DNA of 64,000 nucleotides from Candidatus Oxydemutatoraceae bacterium (lineage in GTDB: Bacteria > Pseudomonadota > Gammaproteobacteria > Poriferisulfidales > Oxydemutatoraceae), in NCBI GenBank assembly GCA_965219575.1, contig OZ244779.1, positions 844,769 through 908,768 of the forward strand, read 5' to 3'. The translations under genes were made by a program, and so were the position numbers. Positions 51,053 to 61,100 of the stretch are shown piece after piece. A model generated the notes under the pieces. That model saw only the letters and a list, made by a program, of their open reading frames with translations, was not told the DNA's origin and ran no database searches. Within the stretch, counting starts at the first letter, position 1. Each line of letters starts with the position of its first letter.

Positions 51053-51877
51053 TTAAGCATCCCGACTATAGCCGTCGAAGAATTGGTATTTTTCTATCAA
51101 TGCGTTTATTTCTTTTTCGTATTCTTCTCTCCAATTTAATGTATTGCGAATAATATTGGGCATTTTGTATACTACTTCTGCACAGCTAGAGAGATATTCG
51201 GGTGTTTTAGCAACGCTCAGAAAGTCGCATAAATTCGCGAGTATCTTTTCGGGTGAGGCTATAAAATCTTCAAGACGGATCATGAAAATCCGATCGGTGG
51301 ACACTCTACCAATCAATTTCATATTGTTTGCGCTACACTTTGTGAAAAATGAAATTGCCCTTTTGATATTTCCGTCCAGACTCTTTTTTTGACCACGAAT
51401 GGCATTGACCATCGAGGCGACCATGTCGTAAGGATTTCTCACGGTAAACAGCAATTTAATCGGCAGTTTAATAAAATTTTCAAGTTCTTCTATGGTGTTG
51501 GACTCGGTTTTCGTCAAAAACTTAGTATTATGTGGAGAGTGTTTATCGCCCACTACTTCAATATTGTGATCGTATTGATCTTGATATTGCCCGGCAATAT
51601 AGTTGCCTTTGTATGTTCTATCCATATCATGTTTGATGATAAAAGAGAGCAAAGATTCACGCGAGGTGAATTCTCCATTCACATATCTTCTAATTATTCC
51701 TGATTCGTTGCTTATAACGATATTAGGATGGGCACTCAGTAAATCACCGATTAAGGACGAACCGCTTCTGTTAAAGCCTACGGTGAAGACAGCTTCGCGT
51801 ACATTGTCAATATATTCTTCATATTGAGATAATTCCATTCCGGATTGTTGAGGTGTTTGTGGTTTTTCCGATGACAT
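51053..51877 (-). CDS. Sulfotransferase family protein
   Basis: 5'-PSB motif GFNRSGSSL, HPNI, GDK, 3'-PB motif RNPYDMVAS, LEDF. Confidence 0.85.
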   Translation of the reverse strand: MSSEKPQTPQQSGMELSQYEEYIDNVREAVFTVGFNRSGSSLIGDLLSAHPNIVISNESGIIRRYVNGEFTSRESLLSFIIKHDMDRTYKGNYIAGQYQDQYDHNIEVVGDKHSPHNTKFLTKTESNTIEELENFIKLPIKLLFTVRNPYDMVASMVNAIRGQKKSLDGNIKRAISFFTKCSANNMKLIGRVSTDRIFMIRLEDFIASPEKILANLCDFLSVAKTPEYLSSCAEVVYKMPNIIRNTLNWREEYEKEINALIEKYQFFDGYSRDA

Positions 51878-51959
51878 AGTGTTATTTCTTGTTGAAATGC
51901 TTAAATTACAAACTAGATTATAGCATCGGAGAGGGATGTTTGATTAATTGTTCACTGAT

Positions 51960-52127
51960 TTTTCATGGGAACCATTATTTGTTGGCGCAGGGTGGTTGGG
52001 CTCGTGCATAACAATACTTTAGGCAAATCAAAATGGCCGATTGACCTACTGGCTCAATCGGCGGCTTTGTATTGCCGATTGACCTACAAGCTCAATCGGC
52101 GGCTTTGTATTGCCGATTGACCTACTG
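51960..52127. repeat. Composite repeat with ~2.5 tandem 38-bp hairpin units overlapping the stop of the second giant gene
   Basis: GCCGATTGACCTACTGGCTCAATCGGCGGCTTTGTATT, period 38, from 52036; CATGGGAACCATTATTTGTTG module shared with ~29250. Confidence 0.88.
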
Positions 52128-55100
52128 AAGGAGACCCTCTAAAAATACTCTGACCTGTATTCTGATAACTGAAGTCAATGGGGTATAAACCTGCGCCGGT
52201 GAATAGACTATCTCTCTATAACCTTGTTCGTCGGTATAGCTTGCTTCGGCACGGAAGCTGTTGCCCCTTACTAAAATCTCGGAACCCGATACGATTAAAT
52301 ACGGTGTTGTCATTGCGCCCACAATATCGTTCCAGTTCCCTTTTACCGAGCAATCTACATTCACCGAGCAGACTTGCCATTGATACATCACAGCCTCACT
52401 GGGATCACCGTCGGGGTCGCTGCTCAGTATCGCTGCCGTGAGTGTCGTCGCATCGTTTCCTGTCCCTACCAAGACACCTATAGTGATAGCACCGTTATTT
52501 ACCTTATTCACCACCACCGAGGTCATCCCTATCGTAGTCGTCGTCCCGTCGCTTATCACGATTTTTATGTTCACCGTCGTGTCGCTAGATACCGCATCTA
52601 CGAAGTTGGGCGGAACAATCAAGGTTACCGTCGCTGAGGTTGCATCGTTTAATGTCCCGGTATTTGTGCGCCAGCTATAAGTCAAGTCATCGTAGTTCGG
52701 GTCGCTCGCAGTCACAACGACAGTGATGTTTTGTGTCGCAGTTGTCTCGTCTATCGTCTGCGGGTCGGTGATGCTCACAATCACCGGGCTTTCGTTGGCA
52801 ACCGTATAGACATTGGATTGCGTCGTCACCGATTGACCGATATTATCTACAACCGTTGCCTCCAGCCTATAGCGTGTGCCGGCGGTTCGCGACGCACGAT
52901 TGTCGGGGATGCGATATGCATTCTCGGTTGCACCGTCTATCAAAATGTCGTTGATGAACCAACGATAGCTGGTCGTCGCAATCCCGTTGGCATCGTCTAG
53001 ACCACTTGCACGCAACAACCATCTATCATTAACGACCGTTGCGATGCGTAGCGCAGTCGGTGGCGCATCTATCAGTAGTGTGAAGGTTGTCTGCGCACTG
53101 CCACCTCTGCCGTCATCCGCCAACACCGTCACAATCGAGCCTGCCGTGTTTCGGCTGGCATCGGCATCGGTTGCCGTGAAGGTCCATACACCGGTCATAG
53201 TGCTGAAGCCGTCAATCAAGCCACTCATCGGTGCTATTGCGATATTGTATGTCAATGTATCGCCGTCGGCATCCATAAAGAACTCACTAACATCTCGTTC
53301 AAACGGCACACCGACCGTTGCGATAACTCGGGTCGGTACCCGATCGCTAAGTATCGGCGAAGTATTGACTGCTACTTCCAAAGTACGACTACTGCTTAAA
53401 TCTGCGCTGTCGGTTGCGGTAAAGGTAATCGTTGCCATACCACTTTGCAAAGCGTTTAGCATAAAAGTTCTAGCCGTATTGTCGGTTATGCCGGTAATTT
53501 GAATCGGCATCACCGACACGATAGTTCGGCTCGACGACATTGCCGTCAATATAACAACATCGTTCAAATTGAAGTTGCTGTCCGCAACCGAGACGACGAT
53601 ATGCGCCGTGCTATTGAGCGGTAGCGTCTGCGCAGTGGAAGGTGTCAGTGTAATTATCGGTGGGGTGTTCGCTTCCACCTGCACCGCAAATTGTGCCGAG
53701 ACCTGCGAGTTTGCTACACCTCTGCCGTCGTTCACCGTCACCGTAATCGTCGTATTGCCGGCACCGACACCGACAATCTCAAGCGTGCGCATGATTCCAT
53801 TGCCACTGGCATTGACCGTTGCAATCTGCGTGTCATTGGACTCAACTGCTATCGTCAGTATATCGTCGGCATTGGCATCGCCTAGTGTCACATCTATCGA
53901 AGTATTCATACCTTCCAATAGCCTGAGCGGTTGCTCGGGAATACCGCTCAGCGTCGGTGGTGCGTTGACACGCACCGACAAGGAGGCACTGTCGCTTAGC
54001 CCGTTGCTGTCCTTCGCAATGAAAGTCACCGTTGCCACACCATCTTGCTCGGCATCCAGCACGAAGCGCATACTCCTATCGGTCGTTATATCGGTAACTT
54101 GCATCGGCATCACCGACACAATAGTTCGGCTTGACGACATTGCCGTCAATATAACAACATCGTTCAAATTGAAGTTGCTGTCCGCAACCGAGACGACGAT
54201 ATGCGCCGTGCTATTGAGCGGTAGCGTCTGCGCAGTGGAAGGTGTCAGTGTAATTATCGGTGGGGTGTTCGCTTCCACCTGCACCGCAAATTGTGCCGAG
54301 ACCTGCGAGTTTGCTACACCTCTGCCGTCGTTCACCGTCACCGTAATCGTCGTATTGCCGGCACCGACACCGACAATCTCAAGCGTGCGCATGATTCCAT
54401 TGCCACTGGCATTGACCGTTGCAATCTGCGTGTCATTGGACTCAACTGCTATCGTCAGTATATCGTCGGCATTGGCATCGCCTAGTGTCACATCTATCGA
54501 AGTATTCATACCTTCCAATAGCCTGAGCGGTTGCTCGGGAATACCGCTCAGCGTCGGTGGTGCGTTGACACGCACCGACAAGGAGGCACTGTCGCTTAGC
54601 CCGTTGCTGTCCTTCGCAATGAAAGTCACCGTTGCCACACCATCTTGCTCGGCATCCAGCACGAAGCGCATACTCCTATCGGTCGTTATATCGGTAACTT
54701 GCATCGGCATCACTGATACGATGGTTCGGCTTGACGACATTGCCGTCAATGTAACAACATCGTTCAAATTGAAGTTGCTGTCCGCAACTGAGACGACGAT
54801 ATGCGCCGTGCTATCGAGCGGTAGTGTCTGCATTGTTGACGGTGTCAGTGTAATCATCGGTGCGATGTTTGCTTCCACCTGCACCGCAAATTGTGCCGAG
54901 ACCTGCGAGTTTGTTGCACCTCTGCCGTCGTTCACCGTCACCGTAATCGTCGTATTGCCGGCACCGACACCGACAATCTCAAGCGTGCGGACGGCTCCAC
55001 TACCACTGGCATTGACCGTTGCAATCTGCGTGTCATTGGACTCAACTGCTATCGTCAGGGTATCATCGGCATTGGCATCGCCTAGTGTCACATCTATCGA

Positions 55101-58100
55101 AGTATTCATACCTTCCAATAGCCTGACCGGTTGCTCGGGAATACCGCTCAGCGTCGGTGGTGCGTTGACACGCACCGACAAAGCCGCACTGTCGCTTAGC
55201 CCGTTACTATCCTTCGCAATGAAAGTCACCGTTGCCACACCACTTCGCTCGGCACTCAGTACGAAGCGTATACTCATATCGGTCGTTATATCGGCAACTT
55301 GCATCGGCACCACCGACACAATGGTTCGGCTCGACGACATTGCCGTCAATGTAACAACATCGTTCAAATTGAAGTTGCTGTCCGCAACCGAGACGACGAT
55401 ATGCGCCGTGCTATCGAGCGGTAGTGTCTGCATTGTTGACGGTGTCAGTGTAATCGTCGGTGCGATGTTCGCTTCCACCTGCACCGCAAATTGTGCCGAG
55501 ACCTGCGAGTTTGTTGCACCTCTGCCGTCGTTGACCGTCACTGTAATTGTCGTATTGCCGGCACCGACACCGACAATCTCAAGCGTGCGCATGGTTCCAT
55601 TGCCACTGGCATTGACCGTTGCAATCTGCATGTCACTGGACTCAACCGCTATCGTTAGGGTATCGTCGGCATTGGCATCGCCCAGCGTCACATTTATCGA
55701 GGTATTCATACCTTCCAGCAGTCTGAGCGGTTGCTCGGGAATACCCTGCAGTGTCGGTGGTGCATTGACACGCACCGACAAGTCGGCACTGTGGCTTAGC
55801 CCGTTGCTGTCTTCTGCGGTAAAGGTAATCGTTGCCACACCACCTTGCAGTGCATTTAGCGTAAAGGTATTAGCCGTATTATCGGTTATGTCGGTAATCG
55901 TCGTCGGCGATGTCACAGACACAATCGTTTCATTCGATGACATTGCCGTCAATGTGATGTTGTCATTATCGCCATAATTACTATCGACTACCGAGACGAC
56001 GATATTAGCCGTGCTATTGAGCGGTAGCGTTTGCGCGGTTGAGGGTGTCAGCGTAATCGTCGGGTCGGTGTTTGCTTCCACCTGCACCGCAAATTGTGCC
56101 GAGACCTGCGAGTTTGTTGCACCTCTGCCGTCGTTGATCGTCACCGTAATTGTCGTATTGCCGGCACCGACACCGACAATCTCAAGCGTGCGCATAATTC
56201 CGTTGCTACTGGCATTGACCGTTGCAATCAATGTATCATTGGATTCAACTGCTATCGTCAGGGTATCGTCGGCATTGGCATCGCCCAGCGTCACATTTAT
56301 CGAGGTATTCATACCTTCCAGCAGTCTGAGCGGTTGCTCGGGAATACCGCTGAGTGTCGGTGGTGCATTGACACGTACCGACAGGGCGGCACTATGGCTT
56401 AGCCCGTTGCTGTCTTCTGCGGTAAAGGTAATCGTTGCCACACCACCTTGCAGTGCATTTAGCGTAAAGGTATTAGCCGTATCATCGGTTATGTCGGTAA
56501 TCGTCGTCGGCGATGTCACCGACACAATCGTTCGGCTTGATGACATTGCCGTCAGTGTAACAACATCGTTCAAATTGAAATTACCATCCGCGACCGAGAC
56601 GATGATATGCGCCGTGCTATCGAGCGGTAGCGTCTGTGGGGTTGAGGGTATCAATGTAATCATCGGCGCGATGTTCGCTTCCACCTGCACCGCAAATTGT
56701 GCCGAGACCTGCGAGTTTGTCGCACCTCTGCCGTCGTTCACCGACACCGTAATCGTCGTATTGCCGGCACCGATGCCGACAATCTCAAGTGTGCGCATGG
56801 TTCCGTCGCCACTGGCATTGACCGTTGCAATCTGCGTATCGCTGGATTCAACTGCTATCGTCAGGGTATCGTCGGCATTGGCATCGCCTAGTGTCACATC
56901 TATCGAAGTATTCATACCTTCCAGCAGTCTGAGCGGTTGCTCGGGAATACCGCTGAGTGTCGGCGGTGCATTGGCACGCACCGACAGGGCGGCACTGTGG
57001 CTTAGCCCGTTGTTGTCTTGTGCGGTAAAGGTAATCGTTGCCACACCACCTTGCAGTGCATTTAGCGTAAAGGTATTAGCCGTATCATCGGTTATGTCGG
57101 TAATCGTCGTCGGCGATGTCACCGACACAATCGTTTCATTCGATGACATTGCCGTCAATGTGATATTGTCATTATCGCCATAATTACTATCGACTACCGA
57201 GACGACGATATGCGCCGTGCTATTGAGCGGTAGCGTTTGCATTGTTGCAGGTGTCAATGTAATCATCGGTGCGATGTTCGCTTGCACCTGCACCGCAAAT
57301 TGTGCCGAGACCTGCGAGTTCGCTACACCTCTGCCGTCGTTGACCGTCACCGTAATCGTCGTATTGCCGGCACCAATGCCGACAATCTCAAGCGTGCGGG
57401 TAGCTCCGCTGCCACTGGCATTGACCGTTGCAATCAATGTATCATTGGATTCAACTGCTATCGTCAGGGTATCGTCGGCATTGGCATCGTCCAGCGTCAC
57501 ATTTATCGAGGTATTCATACCTTCCAGCAGTCTGAGCGGTTGCTCGGGAATACCCTGCAGTGTCGGTGGTGCATTGACACGCATCGACAAGTCGGCACTG
57601 TGGCTTAGCCCGTTGCTGTCTTCTGCGGTAAAGGTAATCGTTGCCACACCACCTTGCAGTGCATTTAGCGTAAAGGTGTTAGCCGTATTATCGGTTATGT
57701 CGGTAATCGTCGTCGGCGATGTCACCGACACAATGGTTCGGCTCGACGACACGGCCGTCAATGTAACAACATCGTTCAAATTGAAGTTGCTGTCCGCAAC
57801 CGAGATGACAATACCAGTCGTGCTATTGATCGCTAGCGTCTGCGCGGTTGAGGGTGTCAGTGTAATCGTCGGTGCGATGTTCGCTTCCACCTGCACCGCA
57901 AATTGTGCCGAGACCTGCGAGTTCGCCACACCTCTGCCGTCGTTCACCGACACCGTGATCGTCGTATTGCCGGCACCGACACCGACAATCTCAAGCGTGC
58001 GCATGGTTCCGTTGCCACTGGCACTGACCATTGCAACCTGCGTGTCATTGGACTCAACTGCTATCGTCAGTATATCGTCGGCATTGGCATCGCCTAGTGT

Positions 58101-61100
58101 CACATCTATCGAAGTATTCATACCTTCCAATAGCCTGACCGGTTGCTCGGGAATACCGCTCAGCGTCGGTGGTGCGTTGACACGCACCGACAAAGCCGCA
58201 CTGTCGCTTAGCCCGTTACTATCCTTCGCGATGAAAGTCACCGTTGCCACACCACTTCGCTCGGCACTCAGTACGAAGCGTATACTCATATCGGTCGTTA
58301 TATTGTCAACTTGCATCGGCACCACCGACACAATGGTTCGGCTCGACGACATGGCCGTCAATGTAACAACATCGTTCAAATTGAAATTACTATCCGCGAC
58401 CGAGACGATGATATTAGCCGTGCTATTGAGCGGTAGCGTCCGTGCGGTTGAGGGTGTCAATGTAATCGTCGGTGCGATGTTCGCTTTTACCTGCATCGCA
58501 AATTGTGCCGAGACTTGCGAGTTCGCTATACCTCTGCCGTCGTTCACCGCCACCGTAATCGTCGTATTGCCGGCACCGACCCCGACAATCTCAAGCGTGC
58601 GCATGGTTCCGTTGCCACTGGCATTGACCGTTGCAATCTGCGTATCGCTGGATTCAACTGCTATCGTCAGGGTATCGTCGGCATTGGCATCGGCTAGCGT
58701 CAATCTCAATTCGGTATTCATACCTTCCAACAGCCTGAGCGGTTGCTCGGGAATACCGCTCAGCGTCGGCGGTGCATTGGCACGCACCGACAGGACGGCA
58801 CTATGGCTTAGCCCGTTGCTGTCCTTCGCAATGAAAGTCACCGTTGCCACACCATCTTGCTCGGCATCCAGCACGAAGCGTATACGCGTATCGGTCGTTA
58901 TATCGGCAACTTGTATCGGCACCACCGACACGATGGTTCGGCTCGACGACATTGCCGTCAATGTGACGCGATCACCGTTAACATAATTACTATCTGCGAC
59001 CAAGACGACGATATTAGCCGTGCTATTGAGCGGTAGCGTTTGCGCTGTTGCAGGTGTTAGTGTAATCATCGGCGCGATGTTCGCTTGCACCTGTACCGCA
59101 AATTGTGCCGAAACTTGTGAGTTTGTCGCACCTCTGTCGTCGTTGACCGACACCGTAATCGTCGTATTGCCGGCACCGACACCGACAATCTCAAGCGTGC
59201 GCATGATTCCATTGCCACTGGCATTGACCGTTGCAATCTGCGTATCATTGGATTCAACCGCTATCGTCGGTATATCGTCGGCATTGGCATCGCCCAGCGT
59301 CACATCTATCGAAGTATTCATACCTTCCAATAGCTTGACCGGTTGCTCGGGAATATCGCTCAGCGTCGGCGGTGCATTGACACGCACCGACAGGGCGGCA
59401 CTGTGGCTTAGCCCGTTGCTGTCCTGTGCGGTAAAGGTAATCGTTGCTACACCATCTTGCTCGGCATCCAGCACGAAGCGTATACGCGTATCGGTCGTTA
59501 TATCGGCAACTTGTATCGGCACCACCGACACGATGGTTCGGCTCGACGACATTGCCGTCAATGTGACGCGATCACCGTTAACATAATTACTATCTGCGAC
59601 TGAGACGACGATATTAACCGTGCTATTGAGCGGTAGCGTTTGCGCTGTTGCAGGTGTTAGTGTAATCATCGGCGCGATGTTCGCTTGCACCTGTACCGCA
59701 AATTGTGCCGAAACTTGTGAGTTTGTCGCACCTCTGTCGTCGTTGACCGACACCGTAATCGTCGTATTGCCGGCACCGACACCGACAATCTCAAGCGTGC
59801 GCATGATTCCATTGCCACTGGCATTGACCGTTGCAATCTGCGTGTCATTGGACTCAACTGCTATCGTCAGTATATCGTCGGCATTGGCATCGCCTAGTGT
59901 CACATCTATCGAAGTATTCATACCTTCCAGCAGTCTGAGCGGTTGCTCGGGAATATCGCTCAGCGTCGGCGGTGCGTTGACACGCACCGACAGGTCGGCA
60001 CTGTGGCTTAGCCCGTTGCTGTCGGTTGCGGTGAAGGTAATCGTTGCCACACCACCTTGCAGTGCATTTAGCGTAAAGGTGTTAGCCGTATCATCGGTTA
60101 TATCGGTAATCGTCGTCGGCGATGTCACCAACACAATCGTTTCATTCGATGACATTGCCGTCAATGTAACAACATCGTTCAAATTGAAATTACTATCCGC
60201 GATCGAGACGACGATATGCGCCGTGCTGTTGAGCGGTAATGTTTGCATTGTTGCAGGTGTCAATGTAATCATCGGTGCGATGTTCGCTTCCACCTGCACC
60301 GCAAATTGTGCCGAGACTTGCGAGTTCGCTATACCTCTGCCGTCGTTCACCGACACCGTAATCGTCGTATTGCCGGCACCGACACCGACAATCTCAAGCG
60401 TGCGCATGATTCCATTGCCACTGGCATTGACCGTTGCAATCTGCGTGTCATTGGACTCAACTGCTATCGTCAGTATATCGTCGGCATTGGCATCGCCTAG
60501 TGTCACATCTATCGAAGTATTCATACCTTCCAATAGTTTGAGCGGTTGCTCGGGAATACCGCTCAGCGTCGGTGGTGCGTTGACACGCACCGACAGGGAG
60601 GCACTGTCGCTTAGCCCGTTGCTGTCCTTCGCAATGAAAGTCACCGTTGCCACACCATCTTGCTCGGCATCCAGCACGAAGCGCATACTCCTATCGGTCG
60701 TTATATCGGCAACTTGTATCGGCACCACCGACACGATGGTTCGGCTCGACGACATTGCCGTCAATATAACAACATCGTTCAAATTGAAATTACCATCTGC
60801 GACCGAGACAACGATATGCGCCGTGCTATTGATCGCTAGCGTCTGCGCGGTGGAGGGTGTCAATGTAATCGTCGGTGCGATGTTCGCTTGCACCTGTACC
60901 GCAAATTGTGCCGAGACCTGCGAGTTTGCTACACCTCTGCCGTCGTTCACCGACACCGTAATCGTCGTATTGCCGGCACCGGCACCGACAATTTCAAGCG
61001 TGCGCACGGCTCCGCTGCCACTGGCATTGACCGTTGCAATCTGCGTATCGCTGGATTCAACTGCTATCGTCAGGGTATCGTCGGCATTGGCATCGCCTAG

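Noticed and set aside
52036-52127. Palindromic 38-bp repeats as a CRISPR array (also 32610-32680)
   Set aside because: Units are directly adjacent with no unique spacers, and no cas genes are present
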